This document shows, in pieces, positions 1-13,102 of a stretch of 64,000 nucleotides of DNA. Position 1 is the first letter of the stretch, and the number at the start of each line of letters is the position of its first letter. The DNA comes from Octopus sinensis (Eukaryota), in contig NC_043001.1 in assembly GCF_006345805.1 (NCBI RefSeq), forward strand, positions 41,602,001 to 41,666,000. Reading direction: 5' to 3'. A model generated the notes under the pieces. The model made no database searches. It was not told where the DNA came from and saw only the letters and a program-made list of their open reading frames with translations. Position numbers and translations under genes: made by a program.

Positions 1-320
1 ATACCCTTCACTATTTAGGGTGACCATCTCTTGTTAACTTTTCTCTTATTTCCCTATTTTTCTTTTATCCTTTATTTTTTATCCTTTTGACAACCAGTTT
101 TTTTTTTGTCATTGTACAGACCAGGGCTTATTCTTTCTTTCTTTTTGTATTGCCCTTTTCATTTTCTAACAATTTTTACTATAAGTTTATTTATTTATAT
201 TCCTTTTTATTCCTTTTTTATCTGTTTAATCCATACTTTTTTAAAATTCTATTTTCCTTCTATTCTATTTTTGTTTGTCATCAACTACTAGTGCAAGATT
301 TACAATTGTAAATATATATA

Positions 321-1562
321 CAGGGATAGGACTAAATAATGGAAACACTTTAAAATTTCAAACAAATTTATTTTGAATTCTATGAGGTATGGATTCGTAC
401 AAAGTTTGAATTGTTTCCAAAGGAATTTTTGTCCATTCTTCAGCTAAAACAGTCTCCAGTTCTTGAAGTGATTATGGTGGAGGATATCAACTCCTTACTT
501 GTTTTTCTACAATGCACCATAAATTTTCAATAGTATTAAGATCTGGGGACTGTGGTGGCCAAATAAGATGTTCAACTTAACCAGAATGTTCCTCATGCCA
601 TTCAATAACAACTTCAGCTGTGTGAATTGGTGCATTATCATCCTGAAAGATTGCATTTCCATCCAGAAATAGGTCCACAACCATAGGATGAAATTGATCA
701 GATAAAATACTAAAATAGTTTTGACTATTAATTCTGCCATGAAGGGTAATCATTGGGCTAGTAGATTTCCAAGATATAGCCCCCTCCTCCCCAGATCATC
801 ACAGATCCTCCTCCATGTTTAACAGTTGAAAGAAGGCAGTCTGGGTCAAATGCTTCTTTTGGATGTCTCCACACATATACTTGGCTGGTGGCTGGAAATA
901 AGGTAAAGGAGGACTCGTCCAAGAAAATAACATTCTTCCATTGCTCCAGGAACCAATTCTGTAGGCTTTTACTCCATTCTAAATGCTTTGCAACATTTAT
1001 TTTTGAAAGTAGAGGTTTTCTGATTGCAGCACTCTTGTGAAATCCGGCTTTGTGCAGCTACTAGCGAGTAGTTTTTGTGGAAACTGGGTTCTCGAGGTGG
1101 TCATTAAGCTCTGCAGTAATTTTGGGAGCTGTACTTTTGCGATCCTTTCTAACAATTTGCATAAGAGTTTGACGGTCCCTATCTTAAAGTTTTGGTTTTT
1201 TTATGGAGTTTTGTTTGAATGAGGAGGTTTTTCCCTCTTTCTCAAATGCTGTTATTACTTTTGAAACAGTACTTCTTGATACACCAAACATTTCAGCTGT
1301 TTTCATTTCTATAACGCCTGCCATACAAGCACCAACAATTTGATCACTATGAAAGTCTGATAGATCTGTTATCTTAATGAATTTTAATTATCTTTTTCTG
1401 ATGATATCTGTAAAGAAACAGCAAATATAGCAAAACATATTAAGCAACACTAATAATAAATCAAAAAAACATAAAAATAAACAAATTTTTGACAGTTTTA
1501 TAGCTATTTCAAAATAATGATGCTATGAAGCTAGGTGTTTCCATTATTTTGTCCAACCCCTG
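321..1562 (-). mobile_element. Tc1-like DNA transposon, full length, decayed (family A, copy 1)
   Basis: TA-flanked TIRs CAGGGATAGGACTAAATAATGGAAACAC / GTGTTTCCATTATTTTGTCCAACCCCTG. The minus strand retains decayed Tc1 motifs (WPPQSPDLN-like). It is the reverse complement of 4285-5533. Confidence 0.93.
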
Positions 1563-1664
1563 TATCTGTATGTGTCTATGTACATGTGTTTACATAGGTA
1601 TGTGTGAGTATATTTATGTATACATATATGCATGTGTTTGTGTGTGCATATATATATATATGCA

Positions 1665-1697
<33 letters not shown>

Positions 1698-2284
1698 TCT
1701 TCACACCAAGTGTCTGCCTATAAAATATATTTTCCTCCAGCTTTCTTTTATGTTGTTACCTGATTGTCAAGAAAACACCATCCTTCACTACCTTATGTTA
1801 TCCTTGAATGACAGTTTCTGGACACTCTGTAGATCTTAAATAGCAATATCTTCATTTGTATTTCCACTTGTTGAAAATCAATGAACCACTCAACAAGTCC
1901 GTACATCACTCCATTGTGAGGAGTTATATAAAGAGTTTGTTAGTTGATTAGTGTATTGCATAACATGAATAATTATATTATGCTTAGATCAAAATAAAAA
2001 TTAATGAAATAATTATAACAACACTCAGAAATCCATTCATATCTCTTATTCTATTTCATGCCACTCAATTTATTTTGTTTTTCATTGAATGCTATATATA
2101 ATTTTGGAATTGTGGATTACCCAACCACAATGTCATAACATCATCGATGCCTTCTGCGCTGATAATAGATTATTTCATTGTCTGTTCTGAGGACTCTGTC
2201 TTGCCAATTAGTGGTGTGCTTCATGTTGACATGTCTTGATTATTTGTGGATCTTTATAATTGTAATATGTATACACACACATAC

Positions 2285-3935
2285 ATAATCATCATCATCA
2301 TTTAATGTCCTTTTTCCATGCTGGCATGGGTTGGACAGTTCAACAGGAGTTGGCCAGTAGAAGAGCTACTCAGGCTCCATTTTTCCGTTATGACATTATT
2401 TCTATGACTGGGTGTCCTTCCTAATGCCAATCACTTTCCAGAGTGTACTGGATACTTTTTAATGTGACACCAGTATGGGCGCTCTTACATGGCACATGGC
2501 ACCAGTTTGAGTGCATTTACATGACACCGGCACTGGTGCTTTCATGTGTCACAAACACGAGTGCTTTTACATGGCCCCAGCTCCTGCAAGCCTGCAAGAG
2601 TAGGTTCTCTCAGCTTAGAAAGGGACATAAAGGACATACCTGTATGTATGGATGGCCACAATTTTTACTCAGCTTGATATGTCTTTTCAAGCACAGCAGA
2701 CTGCCAGTCCCTTGTCACCTCCTCTATGAGACCCATCATCTAAAGATCCTTTCTCGACACTCCATCTCACATTTTCCTGGGTCTACCCTTTCCACATGGT
2801 TTCTCCCCAATTAGAGATTGGCACTTCTTTACACAGCTGTCCTCATCCATACATACCACATGACCGACCATACCAGCAGAGATTTCTCTCATGTGCACTA
2901 CATCTGATGCCTGGTATATCCAATTTTTCTCTCAAATCACTTACACTCTGTTGTACATGCACACTGACTTTGCCTGTCCAGTGGAGCATGCTCACTTCAT
3001 TTTTTCAAGCCTTCACATATCCTCAGTAGTCACAGGCCATGTCTCACTGCTATGTAGCATAGCTGTCCATACACAGGCATCACACAATTTGTCTTTCATT
3101 CTGACGGAGTGGCTCTTTGCTACTAACAAAAGTTGTATAGCTCTCTGAACTTTGTCAAGCCTATTCTTATTCTAGCCACCATGCTTTCAGAACTACCCCC
3201 TCCATTGCTGACTTGGTCGTCTATGGAGCAAAAACTGTCAACTACATCAAAAGATCTCCCCAGGCATTTGCAGAAGTCTATTTTCTGTACATTCCTAGTG
3301 TTTAATGTACCTGCACATCTGCCACACACAAAGACTACTTTCTCTGTTAACCTTCTGGTGAGACCACTGCACTTCTTATGTGTCTATAGCTCACACTGGG
3401 TAGACTGTATGGAGTTTCTACCAACATCTTTTCTACATATTGAGCAGTCATTTCCCTGAAGGGATTGGTGATTTGTCAGTTTTCCAACTTCCTAGGACTT
3501 TGGTCTTTCCTAAATTAACTCTAGGCCCTTTACTTCCAGACCTTGCTTCCCCACCTGAAATTTCTTCTCTAGTTCTGATAATGATTCAGCAATAAGAACA
3601 AGGTCATCAGTATACAGGAACTCCTAAGGGCACCCTAACTTAAGTTTCTCTGTTATGGCCTGGAGGACTATGATAAACAAGAGGGTACTGAGAACTGATC
3701 CTTGACAAATTCCTGCCTGCACACTAAGTACCTTGCTGTACTCATTGCCAACTTTCACCTTACTGATAGTATCCCTGTACATGGCTTGTACATGGTTCTC
3801 ACCAACCACTCATCTATCCTTAGCTTCTGCATTGCCAACCAGATAAATGAGGAAGGGACCCAATCATGCTGCCACATCCCTTCTTTTTTCCATGGACTTT
3901 TCATTAACTGCCTTTCTCAATTATAACTAACCATA
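2285..3935 (-). mobile_element. RTE-clade LINE, 5'-truncated, decayed
   Basis: Minus-strand RT motifs QAMYRD..SKVKVGNEYS..QGSVLSTLLFIIVLQAITE and LYTDDL. The 3' tail is CCAACCCATGCCAGCATGGAA..(GAT)n, at 2285-2340 on the plus strand as its complement. Confidence 0.9.
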
Positions 3936-4077
3936 ATATGCAACATATAATAGAGGTGTTAAAAATCAAGCAACATCTGAAGCTTTTTTGAAGTGAGAAA
4001 AGGCCTTGCACTGTGCCAATCCTGCTTTTACTTGGCTTTATGGGTCTTCTTCTCAAGCACAACATAATGCCAAAGTA

Positions 4078-4233
4078 ACTCTCTAAAAATGTCTACGATG
4101 ATTCAACGATTTAAAAAAAAATTACCATCATTTTTTATTCCATTTTTGATGCATTTTTTTGCTATAACTCTCTAAAAATCCTTATATAGTTATTTCCCTT
4201 ACAAACCCGAGCAACGCCGGGCGATACTGCTAG
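4078..4233 (+). mobile_element. Helitron-like 3' terminus (non-autonomous fragment)
   Basis: GC hairpin CCCG-AGCAACGC-CGGG (4206-4221) lies 8 nt upstream of CTAG (4230-4233) followed by T, the canonical Helitron 3' signature. The 5' end is not resolved. Confidence 0.6.
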
Positions 4234-4284
4234 TATATATATATATATGTGTGCGTATGTGTGTGTGATATATATATATATATA

Positions 4285-5533
4285 CAGGCGTTGGACAAAA
4301 TAATGGAAATACCTAGCATCATAATTTTTAAATATCTATAAAACTGTCAAAAGCTTGTTTATTTTCATGTTTTTTTCATTTATTATTAGTGTTGCTTAAT
4401 ATGTTTTGCTAAAATTGCTGTTTCTTTTCAGATATCATCAGAAAAAGGTAATTAAAATTCATTAAAATGACAGATCTATCGGACTTTCAAAGGGGTCAAA
4501 TTGTTGGTGCTCGTACGGCAGGTGCTAGAGTAACGAAAACAGCTGAAATGTTTGGTATATCAAGAAGTACTGTCTCGAAAGTAATGACAGCCTTTGAGAA
4601 AGAGGGAAAACATCCTTGTTGAAACAAAACTCTGGAAGAAAACTAAAATTTTAAGATAGAGACTGTTGGTCTCTTACACAAATTGTTAGAAATGATCACA
4701 AAAGTACAGCTTCCAAATGTACTACAGAGCTTAATGACCACCTTGAGAACCCAGTTTCCTCAAAAACTGTTTGCCGGGAGCTGTACAAAGACAGATTTCA
4801 CAGGAGGGATGCAATCAGAAAACCTCTACTTTCAAAAATAAATGTTGCAAAGCATTGAGTGTGGAGTAAAAACCTACAGAATTGGTCCCTGGAGCAATGG
4901 AAAAAAGTTATTTTCTCGGATGAGTCATCCTTTACCTTATTTCCGGCCACCAGCCAAGTATATATGTGGAGACAGCCAAAAGAAGCATTTGACCCAGTCT
5001 GCCTTCTTTCAACTGTTAAACATGGAGGAGGATCTGTGATAATCTGGGGAGAGGGGGATATTTCTTGGAAATATGCCAGCCCAATGATTACCCTTCATGG
5101 CAGAATTAATAGTCAAAACTATTTTAGTATTTTATCTGATCAATTTCATCCTATGGTTGTGGACCTGTTTCTGGATGGAAATGCAATCTTTCAGGATGAT
5201 AATGCACCAATTCACACAGCTGAAGTTGTTATTGAATGGTTAAGTTGAACATCTTATCTGGTCACCACAGTCCCCAGATCTTAATTGAACATTTATGGTG
5301 CATTGTAGAAAAACAAGTAAGGAGTTGATATCCTCCACGATAATCACTTCAAGAACTGGAGACTGTTTTAGCTGAAGAATGGACAAAAATTCCTTTGGAA
5401 ACAATTCAAACTTTGTACGAATCCATACCTCATAGAATTCAAGATGTAATTATTGCCAAAGGAGGTCCTACCCCATATTAAAATAAATTTGTTTGAAATT
5501 TTAAAGTGTTTCCATTATTTTGTTCAACCCCTG
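4285..5533 (+). mobile_element. Tc1-like DNA transposon, full length, transposase pseudogene (family A, copy 2)
   Basis: TA-flanked TIRs CAGGCGTTGGACAAAATAATGGAAA / TTTCCATTATTTTGTTCAACCCCTG. Translation from ATG 4467 gives MTDLSDFQRGQIVGAR, then VIFSDES, VKHGGGSVIIWG, FQDDNAP and SPDLN, with frameshifts and stops. Confidence 0.95.
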
Positions 5534-5553
5534 TATATATATAATGTATGATG

Positions 5554-5587
<34 letters not shown>

Positions 5588-5702
5588 TGTATGTATGTAT
5601 GTATGTATGTATGTATGTATATACGTATGTATGTATGTATGTATGTATGTATGTATGTATGTATGTATGTATGTATATCTTTGTGTACATATGTGTGTGT
5701 GT
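5534..5702. repeat. (TA)/(TATG)n/(TG)n microsatellite at Tc1 right end
   Basis: Direct reading of the repeat. Confidence 0.95.
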
Positions 5703-5759
5703 GTTGAAAACTTTAATGTAAATTATCAACAACTCTGGAATCTGATCTTATAGAAAAAC

Positions 5760-6620
5760 AGGCATATTTGAGAATTCCCAAATCATTTTCAGTCTGACTA
5801 TATTGATATTGATACTTAGATACAAGTGGTAAATATGGTTGAGTGTTTACAGAAAGGTTGTATGGTAATTAGACCCAGTAGATTTGATCCCATTGGGTTG
5901 TCACTTTTCATTTACTTTCACATTTGCTCAATACATCTTCACAAGATCCTGTTTAAAATGTAAGTATGTTCTACGTTTTATAGATAGCATGGAAATATAA
6001 AATAATGTAGAAATTTATTAGTAACTTAGTAACTCACCTAGAATATCTGTGATCCTTCTATTTTCTTATTGCAGTCCATTGATTTTAAAATAGCTTTTCT
6101 TCATATTGATATTTATATATGTTATGTATTTTTATTTTTGTTAAACTTTTCCTAATTTTTTTTTATTAGTTTTCTTCATTTTTATTTACCAATTTTTTTT
6201 TTCAGTAATTTGCCTGAGACAGACATTTTTCTGACCATTACTGTTGAAGATTTTTCAGTGCATTAGTTCATCTTATTTCCTTCTACCAATATAGAACAAA
6301 CATTGCTGTTAAACAGTTTTTACTGTTAGTTTCTCTTCCAACATACTTTTATCAAATGTGATTTTATTGATTTCTCTAGTGTAACTTCCTAGTCATTATA
6401 GGATAGAATTGACAACAAAAATAAAAATAAAAATTTTTTGTGACAGTCTTCACAAAAAATATGTCTTTCTTAACAAATCTAGTTAGGAAATATCTCTTTG
6501 AGTTTGTTTGTTCTTTTCTAATCTTCCAACCAATATCAAGTAACCTTTTCTTTATTGTTCAAAAAAAGTATGTATTTTCCTCTCCAGTAATTGCTGATTT
6601 TGTCCTCATTGCTGCATTTG
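5760..6620 (-). mobile_element. Possible highly decayed Penelope-like retroelement ORF relic
   Basis: Minus-strand peptide scraps (KKRLLDIGWKIRKE; LPYNLS..PYLPLV) only loosely resemble a Penelope ORF/RT, and there are many stops. Confidence 0.22.
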
Positions 6621-6637
6621 TGTTTGTTGCTGTCATT

Positions 6638-6639
6638 AC

Positions 6640-6682
<43 letters not shown>

Positions 6683-6785
6683 AACAATGATGACGATGAT
6701 ATCATAATGATTTTTAGTCTTCCTCATCTCCATCATCACCATTATAATTATAATTATAATTATAATTATAATTATCCTCATAATT
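6638..6785. repeat. (GAT)n / (CAT)n / (ATAATT)n microsatellites
   Basis: Direct reading. Confidence 0.95.
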
Positions 6786-6969
6786 AAAATCATCACCATT
6801 ACAGTAGACACAGTCATTGTTGTGTGCTTAAGAAGTATTGTCAGTGGATTTGGTAAATGGAAACTGAAAGAAACCTGTTATATGCTTATATATATCTCTG
6901 TGTGTGTGTGTATACATTCATATATGTGTGTGTGTGTGTATGTATATATATATGTAAATGTATATATAT

Positions 6970-8243
6970 ATATCATCATCATCATCGTCGTCGTCATTTA
7001 ACGTCTGCTTTCCATGCTGGCATGGGTTGGACGGTTTGACTGAGGGCTGGCAAGCCAGAAGGCTGCACAAGGCTCCAATCCGATCTAACAAAGTTTCTAC
7101 AGCTGGATGCCCTTCCTAACACCAACCACTCCGAGAGTGTAGTGGATGCTTTTATGTGCCACTGGTATGGGAGCCAGTCAGGCAGCATTGGCAACAACCA
7201 CGCTCGAATGGTGCCTTTTATGTGCTACCATCATGGGAGCCAGTCAGGCGGAACTAGCAACAATCTCCAAAGGTCTCGGTCACTTGTTTGAAGGTCGTGC
7301 TTCACCACTTCATCCCAGGTCTTCCTGGGTCTACCGCTTCCACAGGTTCCCACTACTGCTATGGTGTGACACTTTTTCACACAGCTGTCCTCATCCATAT
7401 GCAACACATGACCATACCAGCGCAGTCATCTCTCTTGCACACCCCATCTGATACTTCCTAAGTCCAACTTTTCTCTCAAGCTGCTTACACTCTGTCATGT
7501 ATGCACACTGACATTACACAACCAGCAGAGGATACTAGCTTCATTCCTTGCAAGCTTATGCATGTCCTCACCAATCATGGCTCATATTTCATTGCCATGT
7601 ACCATAGCTGTTCGCACACATGCATCATTCAGTCTACCTTTTACTCTGAGTGAGAGGCCCTTCGTCACCAGCTACTGACTTGGTCACCTTGGTAACGGAA
7701 GCTATCAACTACTTGTAGTTTTTTTCCCCTGAAATGTGACGGAAGCTGTTTTCTGCACATTTTCAGTGTTTATTGCTCCTGAGCATTTGCCACACACAAA
7801 AACTATCTTCCCAGTTAGCCTTCCTTTGATATCGGTGCACCTCATGCATCCATAGCTTACACCGGGTACATTTTATGGAGCTTCTACCTACGCCTTTTCT
7901 ACAGATCCAGCAGGGCCATCTACCTGAAGGGATTTCTGGTTTGTCTGCCTTCCTATATATTAGGTCTTTGGTTTTAGCTAGATTGACTCTAAGGCCCTTC
8001 GATTCTAGACCTTGTTTTCACACCTGAAACTTTTCTAGTTCTGATAGTGACTCAGCTATTAGAGCAAGGTCATCAGCATAGAGAAGCTCCTAGGGGCATC
8101 CTCTGTTAATGCCTGGAGGACTATGAAGAATAAGAGCGGGCTGAGGACTGATTTTTGGTGGACCCCTACCCCTACCCAGAATTCTTTACTGTACACATTG
8201 CTAACTCTCACCTTACTGACAGCATCCCTGTACATGGCTTGTA
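6970..8243 (-). mobile_element. RTE-clade LINE, 5'-truncated
   Basis: Minus strand reads [17 protein letters not shown] near 8050-8100. It has the same 3' tail as the 2285 copy and ends at a (TA)n tract. Confidence 0.92.
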
Positions 8244-8245
8244 TA

Positions 8246-8327
<82 letters not shown>

Positions 8328-8430
8328 TTGTATGTTATGTATGTATGTATATATATATGTGTGTGTGTGTGTGTATATCTATCTATCTATCTGTATATAT
8401 ATATACACATATATATTTATTTATTTATTT
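8243..8430. repeat. (TA)n/(TATG)n/(TG)n compound microsatellite
   Basis: Direct reading. Confidence 0.95.
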
Positions 8431-8735
8431 ATGCACCCTTTTCAAGCCTATCCAGGTTTGTTGGCCTGGTTTCCCAGTTTCTGTGGCGTATGTATTCACC
8501 CCAGCTGGACGGGATGCCAGTCCATCACAGCATTACCCAAGAAACAGGAAGAAAGAGTGAGAGAAAGTTGGGGCGAAAGAGTACAACAGAGGTTGCCACC
8601 ACCCCCTGCCAGAGCCTCGTGGTTCTTTAGGTGTTTTCGCTCAATAAACACACACAACGCCCGGTCTGGGAATTGAAACCATGATACTCTGACCGTGAGT
8701 CCACTGCCCTAACCACTGGGCCATTGCGCCTCCAC
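8431..8735 (-). mobile_element. tRNA-derived SINE (family 1, tail type a)
   Basis: Minus-strand head GGCGCAATGGCCCAGTGGTTAGGGCAG (A box TGGCCCAGTGG) with B box GGTTTCAATTCC. The head and middle are shared with 43028-43212. Confidence 0.85.
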
Positions 8736-8779
8736 ACACACACACACACACATCACATATATATGTTTTTATGTTCAGT

Positions 8780-9960
8780 TATAATGAAAATAATTTTATG
8801 GGTTACTATGGGTTACTTTATACTTTTGTTGAATCCAAATTTATTATTCTTATACAAGAATACCATTGATAGTTACTTCAAAGTTTCAGCCAGCTAAATT
8901 ACCATTAGAATGTGATGAATTAGAGTCAGTCTTGCATTTATATAGTTAAATCATCTTTGGGTGTGTGAGTTTGAATGGGGTGGCAATTAGGTTTCTATGG
9001 TTGGTTGTTACAGATAGGTGTTTTGGAAAATTTTATATTAATTAAATTTGGGATTATGAATTGTTTAGAATTTATTCATATATTACTCTTTACTCTTTTA
9101 CTTGTTTCAGTCATTTGACTGTGGCCATGCTGGAGCACCACCTTTAATCGACCAACTCGACCCCTGGACTTATTCTTTTGTAAGCCCAGTACTTATTCTA
9201 TTGGTCTCGTTTGCCGAACCGCTAATTAACGGGGACATAAACACACCAGCATTGGTTGTCAAGCAATACTAGGGGGACAAACACAGACATACAAACACAC
9301 ACACGCATATATATATATATATACATATATACGACGGGCTTCTTTCAGTTTCCATCTACCAAATCCACTCACAAGGCTTTGGTCGGCCCGAGGCTATAGT
9401 AGAAGACACTTACCCAAGGTGCCACACAGTGGGACTGAACCCGGAACCATGTGGTTGGTAAACAAGCTACTTACCGCACAGCCACTCCTGTAGAACTTTG
9501 TAAACTAATTTCTAGCTGTTTCTCTTTTATTAGGAAGGCACAAGGTGTAATGGCATTTTTGTTGCTTTTGATATTATTGGATTTAATCCTTTTGCATTGG
9601 CAATATTAAGATCATAAGCACAAAGTTCAGTATTTAAGTCCTTAGTAATTGGGTGTGTCAACTTTGTTTCACAAAAGAGTGTAGGTAGGTGCTAAGTTTA
9701 TATTGGACATTACTTTGCTTGTTGTTTTTGTTATTTATAGTATTTCCTGCTTTCATTTGTCAGGTTGGGATTATTAGCCAGGCATGTCATGGTTTTGTTA
9801 GTATAGAAAATTTTTTCTCTTGTGCTTCAATGTTCACAAAAGTATTTGAGTAAAGGTTGTATGTTTATATGCTTCTCTCTAAGTGTCAATTGTTCTATAA
9901 GCAATTTGATTAGTATATAGGTATTTTGTGCAGGTAAAGTATGTTTGGTGGTTGTTTATA
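8780..9960 (-). mobile_element. Possible decayed Penelope-like RT relic interrupted by a SINE
   Basis: Minus-strand QYKLSTYLHSFVKQ near 9670-9715 resembles the Penelope RT segment TYKLSK(F/Y)LHSIL. The rest is heavily degenerate. Confidence 0.3.
9084..9490 (-). mobile_element. tRNA-derived SINE (family 2), full length
   Basis: Head CAGGAGTGGCTGTGCGGTAAG..GGTTCAGTCCC (A and B boxes), an internal (CA)/(TA) tract, and tail CCAGCATGGCCACAGTCAAATGACTGAAACAAGTAAAAGAGTAAAGAGTA. Confidence 0.9.
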
Positions 9961-10726
9961 AAATTTCTTTGAATTTTGTTCTTGATATACGAAACAACCA
10001 GTTTAGTCACCGATGACCCAGCCATGGGACAGGTTGTACTGGGTTACATTTTACTGTAGCACTCAAGAGTGACTTGACAATTGTGTGTTAGTTTTTAGTG
10101 TTCTACCAAGATTTGAACTTGAGACTGGGAGTTTCACATACCTAAACAGTGTGATACCAATGCTCAATTTTTGTCATTTTTATAATTAACTATCTTAACT
10201 GTCGTTTCTAAACTACTAATTTTGATGCTGTTATCTCTACACTGACTTAGTATAAAATAGGTTCACAAAGAGCATATAATTTGATCAGTCAGCAGCAAGG
10301 TAAGTGCATAGTCTTAGTGTAATGACAAGTTCATGACCAATAGAATACAACAAACTGATCAAGAACATACAGCCTCTTTGAACAATAAAGGTTATCTATC
10401 CAAACAAGGAACCAGTAAGAAAGTCTTTATATGAGGCAATAAGGGAGACTATCTATGGTTATTTAACTTTCTAGAAAGTCATATTCATTTGTAATACAGG
10501 TACAAGGCCCAAAATTTTGGTGGAAGGGGACTAATCAATTACATCCACTCCAGAAGTTAATTGATACTTATTTCATTGACCCTGAAAGGATGAAGGGCAT
10601 ATTTAAAAATATATAGTCCTAATGCTAAACTAAGCCAAAAATAAAACAAGGTGGGTACCATTGGAATACTTTTGATCATAGGTTTACTGGATCAATCACA
10701 ACAATAACAACAACAGCAAGTTTTAA

Positions 10727-10921
10727 CCTTTTTGCATTCAGATTACTCTGCCAAATGTAATGTTTATTTATTCATATTGTTTTGAATTAGTCATGCATTA
10801 TCTCATAGCTTTGAGGTTTTGATGATGTGACTGTATATTTCTAGAATGACCTTGTAAAGTAGGTGTCAGAGATAAGTTACGGTTTCTTGGGTCAGATATA
10901 ATTGTTTTAAATGTTAAAAGG
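10727..10921 (+). mobile_element. piggyBac-like MITE (family P1), internally deleted
   Basis: TTAA flanks (10723-26, 10922-25) and CCTTTT..AAAAGG termini. Homologous to 44607-44825. Confidence 0.7.
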
Positions 10922-11321
10922 TTAAAGTGATCAACAAGCAAATCCTGAAATGCTATGGAGAAGAAAAACTGTTTTAGGCTGTAGAGAGGGGGAATTTTCT
11001 GTAGAGGGAGAAAATACAGAGTTGAAAAGGAGTTGAGAATGAAGTTTTCCTTCAATAGAAATTTCCATTGAACTTTTTTCAAATAAACAATGTAAGAAGT
11101 CTTATTTATTTGTTTGGTGTTACACACCTTACTTTTGTAATTTTACCAAATAATTTCAGTATAATTTAATAGAAAGAATCAAATACACAGAAGAAAGTCT
11201 CCCATCCCAAATTATGTCATTGAACTTTTTATCTGTGTTTAGTTTCTTTGTTATCTTTTGTTTATATTATTCATATAATAATGTGGGAGTTATAAAAAAA
11301 ATAGAGAGATTTTCATTGAAA

Positions 11322-11475
11322 TCATCATCACCATCATCATCAACATTATTATTGTTGTTATTGTTGTTGTTGTTGTTGTTGCTGTTGTTGTTGCTGCTGC
11401 TGCTGATTGTTATTGTTGTTGTTGTTGTTGCTGTTGTTGTTGCTGCTGCTGCTGATTGTTGTTGTTGTTGTTATT
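11322..11475. repeat. (CAT)/(GTT)/(GCT)n trinucleotide microsatellite
   Basis: Direct reading. Confidence 0.95.
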
Positions 11476-11944
11476 TAAATATTGAGTAGACCTTGTGGTT
11501 ATTATTATTTTCTTTCTTTGGATATTTTTAACTGTTCAGAAAATTCCAAAACATACTTATGGCATCAATAATAGTTTTAATGTCTTGAACTGTTCAATAT
11601 CAATTCTGATATTTTACGAGATGCTTGGATATTTCCATATCAAATATAAACAAAAATTACCATTGCATGACATAGGAGTGTTAAGCACTACACCATGACA
11701 ATAGAAAAATTTAATCTCAGACAAAACAGTTCTTCAACCAGAAGTTAAGGATGAATCCCTTCAGGCTATAGGCCCAATTTTTTTATATTAGTGTGAAAAT
11801 TGATGGGTACTAGAAATTGTTTCAGATAAGATGCATTCAATTATTTTCATATTTCTTTCAGTTAGGTGGGAAGGCAGTGCCCATGATGCATTACAGGACC
11901 TCTAAGACTGGTGAGACAGAAGGAGGAAAGTAAAGAGATACAAG

Positions 11945-12055
11945 TGCATACACATGTGCACGCACACACACACACACAATGTGCACGCACACACACACAC
12001 ACACAATGTGCACGCACACACACACACACAATGTGCACGCACACACACACACAGC
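11945..12055. repeat. Minisatellite, unit ~ATGTGCACG(CA)n, about 4 copies
   Basis: ATGTGCACGCACACACACAC recurs at ~11955, 11980, 12006 and 12031. Confidence 0.9.
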
Positions 12056-12057
12056 AA

Positions 12058-12210
12058 ACATGCTTCTTTCAGTTTCCATGTAACAAATCCATTCACAAGG
12101 CTTTAGTCGACCTAAGGCTAAAGTGGATGACACTTGCCCAAGGTGCCATGCAGTGGGGCTGAATCTAGAACCATGTTGTTGGGAAACAAACTTCTTGACC
12201 ACACAGCCAT
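12058..12210 (-). mobile_element. SINE family 2 head fragment
   Basis: Homologous to 9335-9490. Confidence 0.8.
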
Positions 12211-12419
12211 GCCTGTGTCATATTATTTACTTAACCAATAAATTTCAGGAGAATACCTTGCAACAGAATGACAAAAGGGATAAATTATTCAACAACCAGC
12301 TCGTGATTTATCGTTTTGTATCTGTTACTGCTGGTGTTCCAATGTATCCATGCACATGACATTTAATGCTATGTAACTCAAGCCATCTACCAATCAGAAA
12401 TATATGAAAGCTTTAGAAA

Positions 12420-13102
12420 TATTGGTTTCAACCTTTGACACAAGGCTAGCAATTTCAGAGGATGAGGTAAGTTGATTACATTGACCCCAGTGCTAAAGTG
12501 GAACTTATTTTATCAACCCCAAAAGGATGAAAGGCAAAGTCAATCTCAGTGGAAATTGAACTCAGAATGTAGAAATGGGTGAAATGCCACTAAGCATTTT
12601 GCCTGGTGTGCTAACAATTCTGCCAGCTTGCCACCTTTACTTAATTTGTAGTATTGGTTTCAAATTTTGGCACAAGGCCAGAAATTTCAAGGGAGTGGGT
12701 AAATCAATTACATCAACCCCAATGCTCAACTGCTCAACTGATATTTATTTTATCAACTCCAAAAGAATGAAAAGCAAAGTTAACCCTTTTGTTACCATAT
12801 TTCTGTAGAGATGCTCTGTGTTTCTTTCAATTAATTTTAAATATAACAAAGAGTTTAGTAAAATAACTTAGTTACCATTAAGCTAGTATTAGGAACATAA
12901 ATTGTGACTAAGGTTGGTGGAAGATTTTAATTCAGATCTTTTGAAAACAAGACATTTGTACTACAGAGCCTGAGGCGGTTTCAGCCGGGTTGGTATCAAA
13001 AGGGTTAATCTCAGTGGAATTTGAACTCAGAGCATAGAGATGGATGAAATGCTGCTAAGCATTTTGCCTGGCATGCTAACGATTCTGCCAACTCACCACC
13101 TT
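12420..13102 (-). mobile_element. Two tandem SINE family 3 copies, the second split by a MITE
   Basis: Repeated motif AAAGGATGAAAGGCAAAGTC..GGAATTTGAACTCAGAA..GCATTT..GCTAAC.ATTCTGCCAGC. Homologous to 58000-58230. Confidence 0.85.
12784..13004. mobile_element. piggyBac-like MITE (family P2), 221 bp
   Basis: TTAA TSD (12780-83, 13005-08) and TIR CCCTTTTGTTACCA / TGGTATCAAAAGGG. The SINE sequence resumes on both sides. Confidence 0.85.

Noticed and set aside
12268-12366. Signal-peptide-like MTKGINYSTTSS*FIVLYLLLLVFQCIHA, with the TGA conceivably edited to TGG
   Set aside because: A second in-frame stop follows before any donor. Most likely chance.
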